Made by a program: the position numbers and the translations under genes | The notes under the pieces: model-generated | Seen by the model: the letters and a program-made list of their open reading frames with translations, nothing else | What the model was told of the DNA's origin: nothing | The model's database searches: none | Part shown: one piece after another, positions 28,601-36,728 of the stretch | How the letters are laid out: every line of letters starts with the position of its first letter | Numbering within the stretch: the stretch's first letter is position 1 | Origin: Acidobacteriota bacterium | GTDB lineage: Bacteria; Acidobacteriota; Vicinamibacteria; Vicinamibacterales; 2-12-FULL-66-21 | Direction of reading: 5' to 3' | Length of the DNA stretch: 52,299 nt | NCBI GenBank assembly: GCA_046726015.1 | Contig: JBKOZS010000228.1 | Location: forward strand, 1 to 52,299

Positions 28601-31041
28601 GGAAGATGGCAGAACCAGCACAAGCGCCGGAATCTGAGATGGTGCTCGATCCGGTCTGCGGGATGACGATCGATCCCGCCGACGCCGCGGGGTCGTGGGA
28701 ATACAAGGGACAGAAGTACTACTTCTGTCACGAGAGCTGCCTCGCGCGCTTCAAGACACATCCCGAGTCGTTCCTGGCGCCAGCCCTGCCGTCACAAGCG
28801 AGCCCGCCACCTCCAGCGGGGACGACGTACGTCTGTCCGATGGATCCCGAGGTGCATCAGTCGACGCCCGGCGCGTGCCCGAAGTGCGGGATGGCGCTCG
28901 AGCCCGACCTGTCGACGGTCGCACCAACACGCGTCGAATACACCTGCCCGATGCACCCCGAGATCGTTCGCGACCAGCCGGGCACGTGTCCGATCTGCGG
29001 CATGGCGCTCGAGCCCCGCACCGTCGTTGCGGAAGACGCGCCGAATCCCGAGCTCGTCGACATGACGCGGCGGTTCTGGGTCTCCGCCGCGCTGGGTCTC
29101 CCCGTTTTCGTCCTGACGATGGGCGACATGGTGCTGGGCATGGGACTCGGTGGCCGCATCGACATGGCGGTCACGAACTGGATCGGATTGATCTTCAGCA
29201 CGCCTGTCGTCCTGTGGGGAGGCTGGCCGTTCTTCGTGCGCGGCTGGCAATCGATCGTCAATCGCCACGCGAACATGTTCACGCTGATCGCGCTTGGCGT
29301 GGGGGCCGCTTACATCTTCAGCATTGCAGGCACGCTCGTGCCGCAGGCGTTTCCTCCAGGGTTCCGCGTGCACGGCGTCGTCGAGACGTATTTCGATACC
29401 GCCGTCGTGGTGGTTGTGCTCGTGCTGCTCGGCCAGGTGCTGGAGTTGAGGGCGCGCGGACGGACGAGCGCCGCGCTGCGCGATCTGCTGCGGCTCGCGC
29501 CCAACACCGCGCATCTGGTGCGCGCCGATCGCGACGAGGACGTCCCGCTCGCGTCGGTCGCAAAGGGGGATGTCCTGCGCGTGCGGCCGGGTGAGCGCAT
29601 CCCTGTCGACGGGATCGTGCTCGAAGGGCGCAGCACCGTCGATGAGTCGATGCTGACCGGCGAGCCGATCCCGGTTGAAAAGGAGCCGGGCGCGCGCATC
29701 ACGGGCGGGACGATGAACGGCACCGGCAGCTTCGTCATGCGTGCGGAGCGGGTCGGCGCCGACACGCTGCTCGCGCAAATCGTGCGCATGGTGAGCCAGG
29801 CTCAACGGACACGCGCGCCGATTCAGCGGCTTGCCGATCGCATCGCCGCCTACTTCGTCCCGGCCGTCGTGATCGTTGCGATGGTGGCCTTGGTGGCATG
29901 GGCACTGTTTGGTCCGGAGCCCCGCCTTGCGCACGCGCTGCTGAGCGCGGTCGCGGTACTCATCATCGCGTGCCCGTGCGCGCTCGGCCTGGCTACGCCA
30001 ATGGCGGTGATGGTGGGCACGGGGAGAGGCGCACAGGTGGGCGTCCTGATCAGGAACGCCGATGCGATCGAGCGTCTCGAGCAGGTCGACACACTGATTG
30101 TTGACAAGACGGGCACGTTGACGGAAGGCCGGCCGCGCCTGGTCACCATCCAGCCAGTGCCACCGTTCAGCGAGCAGGACGTCCTGGCCATCACGGCGGC
30201 ACTCGAGCAGGCGAGCGAGCATCCGCTTGCCGCGGCAATCGTGGCTGGCGCGCGGGAACGCAACGTGCCCATACCAGCCGCATCCGCCTTCGAGAGCGTC
30301 ACCGGCCAGGGTGTGCGCGGCACCGTCGACCGGCACGACGTGCTCGTCGGCAACGTGAGACTGCTGACCGACGCGGGCATCGACACGATGTTGCTCGACG
30401 CGAAGGCCCGTGCGCTGCGTGCCGCCGGGCAGACGGTCGTGCTGGCGGCCATCGACCGGAAACTGGCGGGCCTCATTGGCGTGGCGGACCCGATCAAGCC
30501 CTCTACACGCGAGGCCATCGCGATGCTGCACCGGGAGGGACTGCGGATCGTGATGGTGACGGGGGACAATGCCGTGACCGCGAACGCGGTTGCCGAGGCG
30601 CTTGGCCTTGACGACGTGATCGCGGATGTGCTGCCCGATCAAAAGCGCGAGGTGGTCCGGCGTTTCCAGAGTGAAGGGCGCGTGGTCGCGATGGCGGGCG
30701 ACGGCATCAACGACGCCCCGGCGCTCGCGCAGGCGGATGTCGGCATCGCGATGGGCACCGGCACCGACGTCGCGATCGAGAGCGCGGGCATCACGCTGGT
30801 GCGCGGCGACCTCCGCGGCATCGTGCGCGCGCGACGGCTCAGTCGCGCGACCATGAAGAACATCCGGCAGAACCTGTTCCTGGCGTTCGTCTACAACGCC
30901 ATCGGTGTGCCGGTGGCCGCGGGTGTGCTCTATCCGTTCACGGGCGTGCTGATCAGCCCGATCTGGGCCAGCGCAGCGATGACGTTCAGTTCCGTGTCGG
31001 TAATCGCGAATGCATTAAGGCTTCGACATAGTGAGCTCTAG
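28597..31041 (+). CDS. copA: copper(I)/silver-type P1B ATPase with a YHS/TRASH domain and two CPxCGM metal-binding modules at the N-terminus
   Basis: 814 aa. N-terminal modules: [10 protein letters not shown]...[12 protein letters not shown] (YHS/TRASH), then YVCPMDPEV...[10 protein letters not shown] and YTCPMHPEI...[10 protein letters not shown]. Core motifs: [21 protein letters not shown] and GDGINDAP. The YN (FVYNAIG) and MxxSS (AMTFSSVS) residues are typical of Cu(I) pumps. Confidence 0.9.
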   Translation: MRKMAEPAQAPESEMVLDPVCGMTIDPADAAGSWEYKGQKYYFCHESCLARFKTHPESFLAPALPSQASPPPPAGTTYVCPMDPEVHQSTPGACPKCGMALEPDLSTVAPTRVEYTCPMHPEIVRDQPGTCPICGMALEPRTVVAEDAPNPELVDMTRRFWVSAALGLPVFVLTMGDMVLGMGLGGRIDMAVTNWIGLIFSTPVVLWGGWPFFVRGWQSIVNRHANMFTLIALGVGAAYIFSIAGTLVPQAFPPGFRVHGVVETYFDTAVVVVVLVLLGQVLELRARGRTSAALRDLLRLAPNTAHLVRADRDEDVPLASVAKGDVLRVRPGERIPVDGIVLEGRSTVDESMLTGEPIPVEKEPGARITGGTMNGTGSFVMRAERVGADTLLAQIVRMVSQAQRTRAPIQRLADRIAAYFVPAVVIVAMVALVAWALFGPEPRLAHALLSAVAVLIIACPCALGLATPMAVMVGTGRGAQVGVLIRNADAIERLEQVDTLIVDKTGTLTEGRPRLVTIQPVPPFSEQDVLAITAALEQASEHPLAAAIVAGARERNVPIPAASAFESVTGQGVRGTVDRHDVLVGNVRLLTDAGIDTMLLDAKARALRAAGQTVVLAAIDRKLAGLIGVADPIKPSTREAIAMLHREGLRIVMVTGDNAVTANAVAEALGLDDVIADVLPDQKREVVRRFQSEGRVVAMAGDGINDAPALAQADVGIAMGTGTDVAIESAGITLVRGDLRGIVRARRLSRATMKNIRQNLFLAFVYNAIGVPVAAGVLYPFTGVLISPIWASAAMTFSSVSVIANALRLRHSEL

Positions 31042-31183
31042 ACCGTTATGCGGCGCCGTTACTGAATCCCCGCGTGCGTAGCCGCATAACGGCGGCGCGC
31101 ACAGCGCGCCCGCGAGGGAGCGGCGCGGGGCTAGGGGCCCCCGCAAGCGACCGAGCCGGGTTCCGGGGCGGAGCCCCGGTTAA
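31042..31183 (+). other. 142-nt GC-rich block of four consecutive hairpins between the copA stop and a copA 3' remnant
   Basis: The four hairpins are: ccgttatgcggc(26 nt)gccgcataacgg (12-bp perfect stem, 31043..31092); ggcgcgc-aca-gcgcgcc; gcgggg(8 nt)ccccgc; ccggggc-gga-gccccgg. Confidence 0.6.
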
Positions 31184-31249
31184 GCAATGACGTTCAGTTC
31201 GGTGTCGGTGATCGCGAACGCGCTCCGGCTGCGTCACGCATCACTGTAG
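31184..31249 (+). pseudogene. orphan duplicate of the last 21 codons of copA
   Basis: gca atg acg ttc agt tcg gtg tcg gtg atc gcg aac gcg ctc cgg ctg cgt cac gca tca ctg tag encodes [21 protein letters not shown]. The live copA end at 30976..31041 encodes [21 protein letters not shown]. Differences are mostly synonymous. The remnant uses G/C-ending codons, while the live end uses A/T-ending ones (tta agg ctt cga cat agt). Confidence 0.7.
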
Positions 31250-31281
31250 GGAGGGTCTTCAGACCCGCGGCAGCTGGCGCG

Positions 31282-32286
31282 CTAGCGCCGGCAGAAGACG
31301 ATTGGAGCGTTGGCGTCGCCCGTCGCCGCGAGAAAGTCCGACGGATCCTTGTCGATGTCAAGATTGCCAGGTTGGCGCAAGTACGCGATCCGGGCGTGCG
31401 TTCGTTCTATCGCGGAGAATTGGGTGTTTCTACAGTCCCTCGCCCGCTCGGGGTTCATGATCCCGTCGCCGCTGATATGCCAGAAACCCATCGCGTGGCC
31501 GACCTCATGCGCGATCGTTTCAGGCGTGACTTTTAAGCTCCCGCAGACGTTGGCGCAGCGATCGTAGTTGATCGTGATCTCGCCTGGATTCGCGCCGATG
31601 AATGCCTGACCGCAATAGTCGGCGTTCGGCTCGTACACGAATTTCACGTTCACGTAACCGGTGCGCTGGTCTCGCGGGCCGCCGCCCGATTCAATGACGC
31701 CAGCGTTGAACGCGCCACCGGTAATTTGAGGGACAGACGCCTGAATGATGTTGACGACCAGGGCGAGCTCCGCTGGTTCAAGCGGCTGCCCCGTCTTGGG
31801 ATTGAATGTGTTGATGTAGAAATTCGGCGTCGTCGTCCAGCGCCTGACGGGCCGCAGCGCATCGGGCGCTTCGCGGCCGTTTCGCACCAGTTCACGATAG
31901 AACGGGAGCGAGAACGGCGCGCCCTCGGGCACGAGGTCGATAGCGATACCGGATCGCCCCGCCGATTCCCACTTCACGTTCGTTTCGCGGGTGACGTAAC
32001 CAGCGGCCGACACGACGACGGACTGACGCGATGCGGTCGTGCCGGTGCCCGTGAGCGTCCAGGTACCGTCGCTTGCACTCGTGACCGCCGGCCGCCCGGA
32101 GAATGTCAACGTCGCGCCGCCAATTGGTACACCGCTGATGGTGTCCGTGACTGTCCCGGCGAGCGTCCAGTCTCGTGATGCAGGCGGTGGTGGCGGCGTC
32201 TGTGTGGGACTGGACGGCGAGCGTCCGCCGCCGCAAGCCACGAGAATGCACGCGATGGCTACGAGCGCTGGCCCAAATCGATCCAT
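31282..32286 (-). CDS. lipoprotein zinc metalloprotease (HExxH zincin)
   Basis: This is the C-terminal 334 aa of track ORF 31282..32517, starting at MDRFGPALVAIACILVACGG (lipobox LVAC). It has a Pro-rich linker and a carboxypeptidase-regulatory-like beta domain (TLAGTVTD...PIGGATLTF). The zinc motif is IAHEVGHAMGFWH. Confidence 0.7.
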   Translation of the reverse strand: MDRFGPALVAIACILVACGGGRSPSSPTQTPPPPPASRDWTLAGTVTDTISGVPIGGATLTFSGRPAVTSASDGTWTLTGTGTTASRQSVVVSAAGYVTRETNVKWESAGRSGIAIDLVPEGAPFSLPFYRELVRNGREAPDALRPVRRWTTTPNFYINTFNPKTGQPLEPAELALVVNIIQASVPQITGGAFNAGVIESGGGPRDQRTGYVNVKFVYEPNADYCGQAFIGANPGEITINYDRCANVCGSLKVTPETIAHEVGHAMGFWHISGDGIMNPERARDCRNTQFSAIERTHARIAYLRQPGNLDIDKDPSDFLAATGDANAPIVFCRR

Positions 32287-32369
32287 GAGGGAGGCGTCAT
32301 TGTATGCGATTCCGCGCCATTGGCAAGGGCGCTTCCTCCAATGACCCGCTCCCGATTCTCGGTGCATCC

Positions 32370-33551
32370 TTAGTACAGGATTGTGAACGTACCGTCCGCC
32401 TGGGCGAACGCCGCGACCAAGCTCCAGGCGGGCACGCCGTCGGCCCGTCCGATCCCGCCGATTGGCGCGTGCGTCTTGTCGAACACCTGCCACGCGAGCG
32501 ATCCGCCGCGGCTCCACCCCATACCTTCGGTCCAGGCGAGCAGTGTGTCGCCGCGCGCATTCCGTGCGATCGCCGGATGCTTCCGGCCGCCGGCCGGACC
32601 CGGGGCAGCAATGGGCGCCGTTCGCTCAGTGCCGGTTCCATCGACGCGTGACCAGTACACTTGTCCGGCGGTTTCCCACGCTGCGGCGACCGCGCCACCC
32701 CCTTCGGCAAGCGAAAACGTGCTCATCGGGCAGGCCGAGATCTCCCAGTCCTGGAGCGATCGCGACCTGAATGTGACGCCGTGATCCGTCGAGGCGAGGA
32801 CCACGGTTTCGCGATGCCGTGTTTCGCGGGCCGAGCGGAACAACACATACACGGTTGCGTTCGACGAGACGAACGTTCCAGTGCCGCAGCACCCGCACGC
32901 GCCGATGCCGGCGGGCGAAGCCGGCGCTTCAGGCGCGAATGTCGCGCCATCGTCACTCGATCGCGCGATCCAGGCGCGGCGCGTGTCTTCCCCCTTCGAC
33001 CCCGGTAGCTCCGAGTGCCACGCCACGTAGACGCGCCCGTCACGATCGGCGCCAACCGATCCGCCATCAATCGGTCCCGCATTCTGGTGGATGTTGCGTT
33101 CCGGCTCGAAGGTGCCGTCTTCGTTGGACCGCGTGTAAAGCATCGGCGCGGCGTCACCGCTGCGAGCCGCCTTGTCCGAGCCCATCCACGCGATGTGAAC
33201 GCGCCGGTCGCGCCCGAGCGTGAGGGATGGGCCCCGCACGTTCCCCGTCGCGATCGAGGAGCCGGGTTGCGTATTGACGCGAACCGCCGGCGCGAATCGG
33301 CCGTTTGCGAGGCGCGTGTAGAACACGTCACCGTGCATCGGGTCGCCACCGAAATACGTCACGTGGACGACTCCCGCTTGATCGACGACTGCGCGCGGTT
33401 GCAAGCCGCCCTCAGGGACGCGAAGCAGCGTGACACGTTCGTCTGAAGCAGCCACGCCGATCGGATCCGAGGCCGCTGCAAAAGGGAGAAGAAGCGCGAG
33501 CGCACACACCGAGAGATATGTCGAGCGAAACCCGCCCATAGGTCCAATCAT
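32370..33551 (-). CDS. secreted beta-propeller-like protein (sialidase/BNR-fold-like, family unassigned)
   Basis: This is the C-terminal 393 aa of track ORF 32370..34007, starting at MIGPMGGFRSTYLSVCALALLLPFAAA. It has repeated blade-like segments (VHVTYFGG, VHIAWMGS, VYVAWHSE, VYVLFRSA, LLAWTEG) and a Cys cluster (GACGCCGTG). Confidence 0.55.
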   Translation of the reverse strand: MIGPMGGFRSTYLSVCALALLLPFAAASDPIGVAASDERVTLLRVPEGGLQPRAVVDQAGVVHVTYFGGDPMHGDVFYTRLANGRFAPAVRVNTQPGSSIATGNVRGPSLTLGRDRRVHIAWMGSDKAARSGDAAPMLYTRSNEDGTFEPERNIHQNAGPIDGGSVGADRDGRVYVAWHSELPGSKGEDTRRAWIARSSDDGATFAPEAPASPAGIGACGCCGTGTFVSSNATVYVLFRSARETRHRETVVLASTDHGVTFRSRSLQDWEISACPMSTFSLAEGGGAVAAAWETAGQVYWSRVDGTGTERTAPIAAPGPAGGRKHPAIARNARGDTLLAWTEGMGWSRGGSLAWQVFDKTHAPIGGIGRADGVPAWSLVAAFAQADGTFTILY

Positions 33552-33556
33552 AGCGT

Positions 33557-34021
33557 TCAACGTACGAGTTTCGCCGGATCGTTCGTGTGATGCTCGCGAA
33601 TCTGGTAACGCAGGAACTCGTGCACCGCCTTGACCGCTTCGGCGTCCGCACTTCGAATGCGAACCCGGCCGCCACGGTCGGTATCGTCGTATCGGTACTT
33701 GATCGTTGAGCGCAACGCCGCCATGCGCTGAGAGCCGGGAGGATTCTCCCCGTGCGTCATGAACGGCTTCGAGAAATCTCCGTTCGCGAACTGCACCGCG
33801 ATCTGTTTCAGGTGCGCCCGGATGGCCGGTCGCGTCGCGGCGTCGGTTTCCTCCCTGGCCTCGACTTCGATCGACCCGCCGTCGCGCGCGAGTTTGAAGT
33901 GATGCACCGCGGCATCCTGGTTGAATTCCATCGCGGCGGCACCGCGATCCTTCATGTGTTGTTGGTGGGTCATGCCGCCAGGCATCTGGAGCAGGAGCAC
34001 CGTGCAAACGATCGTCAGCAT
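33557..34021 (-). CDS. small exported protein of unknown function, His/Met-rich N-terminus
   Basis: 154 aa. MLTIVCTVLLLQMPGGMTHQQHMKDRG is followed by a conserved-looking core (HHFKL...IEVEA...IRAHLKQIAVQFANGDFSKPFMTHG...RVRIRSADAEAVKAVHEFLRYQIREHHTND). It is the first gene of the operon that faces the MerR gene. Confidence 0.55.
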   Translation of the reverse strand: MLTIVCTVLLLQMPGGMTHQQHMKDRGAAAMEFNQDAAVHHFKLARDGGSIEVEAREETDAATRPAIRAHLKQIAVQFANGDFSKPFMTHGENPPGSQRMAALRSTIKYRYDDTDRGGRVRIRSADAEAVKAVHEFLRYQIREHHTNDPAKLVR

Positions 34022-34027
34022 GTGCGC

Positions 34028-34059
34028 ATCGTAAACCCTTGAATAGATTCCAGGGTCAA
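34028..34059 (-). promoter_or_regulatory. MerR-type promoter: -35 TTGACC, 20-bp spacer containing a 20-bp dyad, -10 TACGAT
   Basis: The minus strand reads TTGACC ctggaatctattcaagggtt TACGAT gcgcac ATG. The spacer contains the dyad CCCTTGAATA/GATTCCAGGG (plus 34036..34055), which matches 8 of 10 as an inverted repeat. Over-long 19-20-bp spacers with a central dyad are the MerR-family hallmark. The -10 ends 6 nt before the ATG, which suggests a leaderless mRNA. Confidence 0.55.
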
Positions 34060-34079
34060 GACGGGTCTATCATCACCCC

Positions 34080-34502
34080 ATGTCCCCCAAAGCGCTGCGA
34101 ATTGGCCAGGTTGCAAAAGCGGCAGGCGTCAGCGTCGACACCGTGCGTCATTACGAGCGCATTGGCGCGCTGCGTGCCGCGCCCCGCAGCGAGGCTGGCT
34201 ATCGGCTCTACTCGCCAGAATCCATCGATCGCGTGCGCCTCGTTCGAAGCGCGGTGCAATTCGGCTTTTCGCTGAAGGAGCTTGCCATGTTCCTGGGCGC
34301 GCGAGACAAAGGATCGCCGCCGTGCCGCGCCGTACGCGCCGCCGCCCAGGAGATCATGGATCGGGTCGAAACGCAGATCGCCGAACTGCTCGAAACGCGC
34401 GAGTGGATGCGCGCAACCCTTGGTGAATGGGACCAGCGGCTCGCACGTACCGCTCCCGGCACTCCCGCGCGCCTGCTGGAGGATCTGCCGCCACGTCGGT
34501 GA
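34080..34502 (+). CDS. MerR-family transcriptional regulator
   Basis: 140 aa. The N-terminal HTH is LRIGQVAKAAGVSVDTVRHYERIGAL...GYRLYS, followed by a coiled-coil dimerisation helix. It has a single Cys (GSPPCR), so the effector is unclear. Confidence 0.9.
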   Translation: MSPKALRIGQVAKAAGVSVDTVRHYERIGALRAAPRSEAGYRLYSPESIDRVRLVRSAVQFGFSLKELAMFLGARDKGSPPCRAVRAAAQEIMDRVETQIAELLETREWMRATLGEWDQRLARTAPGTPARLLEDLPPRR

Positions 34503-34517
34503 ACCCGGAAGGGCGAA

Positions 34518-34571
34518 CCTCGGGCCTCGGCCCTCGACGCGCCTCGCGCCTCGCACATCGCACATCGCGCC
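34518..34571 (+). repeat. second CCTCGSN heptamer array
   Basis: It reads cctcggg cctcggc cctcgac gcg cctcgcg cctcgca catcgca catcgcg cc. The unit and orientation are the same as at 15932..16007. It starts 15 nt after the MerR stop and ends 39 nt before the SPFH ATG. Confidence 0.7.
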
Positions 34572-34610
34572 AGTGGTGTATCCTTCTCGTCATCCATCGT
34601 CAGGAGGCTT

Positions 34611-35459
34611 ATGCGCGAACCTTTCACGCTGGAACGTTCTGCCGGCGCTGGACGCGGCGGCTCTTTCGTTCGTGCGACCGGCGTGTTGATTCTTTTGATT
34701 CTGGTTGCGATCGTCGCGCTCTCGTCCACGTCCTGCGTGCGCACCGGCCACGTCGGCGTCGTGACGCTCTTTGGCCGGGTAACCGGCCGGACATTGCCGG
34801 AGGGCATTCACTTCGTGAACCCGCTGTCAAACGTGACCGAGCTGAATGTGAAGACGCAGGAAATCAAGGAACACGCGGCGGTTCCGTCAAAGGAAGGGCT
34901 GATCATGGGGATCGACGCGTCGATTCTCTATCACCTCGATCCGGTGCAGGCCGCCACCCTGTTCCAGCGCGTCGGGCCGAACTACGCAGAGGTGCTCCTT
35001 CAGCCGACGTTCCGCTCGGCCATGCGCGCCATTACCGCGGCAAACACCGCGAGCGCGCTTTACTCGGACGCGCGCGAAAACATCGCGCGTCAGATCCTGG
35101 ACGACGTGGCGCGGCAAATTTCGTCACGTGGGGTCGTTGTCGAGAACGTGTTGTTGCGCGACCTGCAGCTGCCCGAAACGTTGAAACACGCGATTGAAGC
35201 CAAGCAGCAGGCGCAGCAGGAGGCCCAGCGCATGGAGTTCGTGCTCCAGCGCGAAAAGCAGGAAGCCGAGCGCAAGCGCGTGGAAGCGGCCGGCATCAAG
35301 GACTTCCAGGACATCGTCACACAGGGCATCAGCGAGAAGCTTCTCGACTGGAAGGGCATCGAGGCCACGATCGAGCTGGCCAAGAGCCAGAACTCGAAGG
35401 TGATTGTCGTTGGCAACTCGAGGAACGGCCTGCCGCTGATTTACTCGGCGGACAAGTAA
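34611..35459 (+). CDS. SPFH/band-7 (prohibitin-like) membrane protein
   Basis: 282 aa. AGGAGG lies upstream of the ATG. It has an N-terminal TM segment (VLILLILVAIVALS), the SPFH core (GHVGVVTLFGRV...LNVKTQE...VPSKEGL...ASILYHL) and a Glu/Gln/Lys-rich coiled coil. Confidence 0.9.
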   Translation: MREPFTLERSAGAGRGGSFVRATGVLILLILVAIVALSSTSCVRTGHVGVVTLFGRVTGRTLPEGIHFVNPLSNVTELNVKTQEIKEHAAVPSKEGLIMGIDASILYHLDPVQAATLFQRVGPNYAEVLLQPTFRSAMRAITAANTASALYSDARENIARQILDDVARQISSRGVVVENVLLRDLQLPETLKHAIEAKQQAQQEAQRMEFVLQREKQEAERKRVEAAGIKDFQDIVTQGISEKLLDWKGIEATIELAKSQNSKVIVVGNSRNGLPLIYSADK

Positions 35460-35492
35460 GCTTGCCCGCCTTCGCGGCTGCGGCGGGACGTG

Positions 35493-36185
35493 CTAGTCGC
35501 GTCGCGTGGACGTGACTGCGTCTGCGCGCACGATGAACCGTTCGGGCGCGGCGCCGATGTAGTCGAAGGGGTAGGACGTGACGAGCGTCAGCGTGTGTCC
35601 CGACGTCGACGCGACAACGGATCGCTCAGTCGCCGCGACGATCCTGGTCGTCGTCACGACATAGCGGTACACGCCGTCCGCCGTGGTGACGATGACCTCG
35701 TCGCCCTGGCGCACACCCTGGAGGTTGCGGAACGTGTCTCGGTAGCCGGCGAATGCGGCATTACCGACGTCTCCAGGAAGCGGAGTCTCCGGCAAATGTC
35801 CGACAGCCGTTCGCAACGTCTGGACATCCGCCCCTTCACGCGCCATGACCGAAAGCTTGAGCCGGGGAACCTCGATGCGCCCGATCACCGTGCGTGGTGC
35901 GGGCCGCACGCTCAGCATTCCCGTCGTCGCCACCGGCCGCGCCTCGGAGGCTGCCGCGAGGCGAATGTCCGCCAGGTCCCGCGCAAGGGCCGACTGCTCA
36001 CGCGAAGTCGAGATCCAGATAAACACGTACCCGCCGAGCGTGGCGAGCGCGATGCCGAGCAGCAGACTTTCGATCGCGTACGCGCGCAATTGCGAGCCGC
36101 GGAGCATTTCGCTTCCAGCCACCAAGGCTGGTCTGAATCGCTTGACCGTTGTCCGATCCCGATTGACGGTGGGGAGCCATCCCAT
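35493..36185 (-). CDS. sortase-fold protein with substituted catalytic His and Cys
   Basis: This is the C-terminal part of track ORF 35493..36587. Candidate starts are the ATG at 36185 or the ATG at 36107 (MLRGSQLRAYAIESLLLGIALATLGGYVFIWI, TM anchor). The sortase core is IGRIEVPRL...GNAAFAGYRDTFRNL...GDEVIV...YRYVV...LTLVTSYPF...PERFIVRA. Canonical sequences read AGHRxT.F and LTLxTC.P. Confidence 0.7.
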   Translation of the reverse strand: MGWLPTVNRDRTTVKRFRPALVAGSEMLRGSQLRAYAIESLLLGIALATLGGYVFIWISTSREQSALARDLADIRLAAASEARPVATTGMLSVRPAPRTVIGRIEVPRLKLSVMAREGADVQTLRTAVGHLPETPLPGDVGNAAFAGYRDTFRNLQGVRQGDEVIVTTADGVYRYVVTTTRIVAATERSVVASTSGHTLTLVTSYPFDYIGAAPERFIVRADAVTSTRRD

Positions 36186-36341
36186 CAACTCATGCTGCCT
36201 TCCTTCGTAGGGCTCGCACCCGAACAGAGCACGTGGCATGCCCGGCGCTGAATTCGATCGGTGCGAAATTGGGCGCATTTCGATGATTGTTGGTGGCAGG
36301 AGAGGGTCTCTGGCACGGCCGTTATCGACACTCGGCCGTGA

Positions 36342-36728
36342 ATGTTTACCTTGGACGCCTGCGGCCGGGGTAAAGTTGCTGCTGTGATTGCACTTGTCTG
36401 GATGTTCGATATCCGCCCGGGAATGACGGAAGAGTTTGAACGCTTCTACGGCGCTGACGGGGAGTGGACCGCACTGTCCCGCCGGAGCCGATCGTTTCTT
36501 GGGAGCTCGTTCCTGAAAGACATCTCGTCCGAGACCCGCTACCTCCTGGTTGAGTACTGGGGCGAGATGGTCGTCTACGAAAAGCACGTGGCAGGGTTCA
36601 AGCAGCCGATCGAGTTGCTCCAGCGCGAACGCGACCGGTTCGTGGAACGCGTCGACGCACTTGGCGTGTTCAATGCACTCGACACGCCGGCACGCGTTGG
36701 TCCGACGTGGTCACGTCGTGGCAGTTAG
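36342..36728 (+). CDS. ABM/Dabb-fold (antibiotic biosynthesis monooxygenase-like) small protein
   Basis: 128 aa; the start may be the internal GTG at 36384 or the ATG at 36402. ALVWMFDIRPGMTEEFERFYG...GSSFLKD...RYLLVEYWGEMVVYEKH fits the ferredoxin-like ABM pattern. Its 3' end overlaps the convergent NRAMP gene by 18 nt. Confidence 0.5.
   Translation: MFTLDACGRGKVAAVIALVWMFDIRPGMTEEFERFYGADGEWTALSRRSRSFLGSSFLKDISSETRYLLVEYWGEMVVYEKHVAGFKQPIELLQRERDRFVERVDALGVFNALDTPARVGPTWSRRGS

Noticed and set aside
31150-31183. Group II intron domain V-like motif (gagccggg...ccccggtt) in the hairpin block after copA
   Set aside because: The pairing gives a plain 7-bp GC hairpin with a 3-nt loop. It has neither the bulged 34-nt D5 helix nor a GNRA loop, and no intron ORF or other intron domains are nearby.
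31046-31237. 63-aa minus-strand ORF across the hairpin block
   Set aside because: It is a translation of GC-rich palindromes and of the antisense strand of the copA remnant. It has no start context and an implausible composition.
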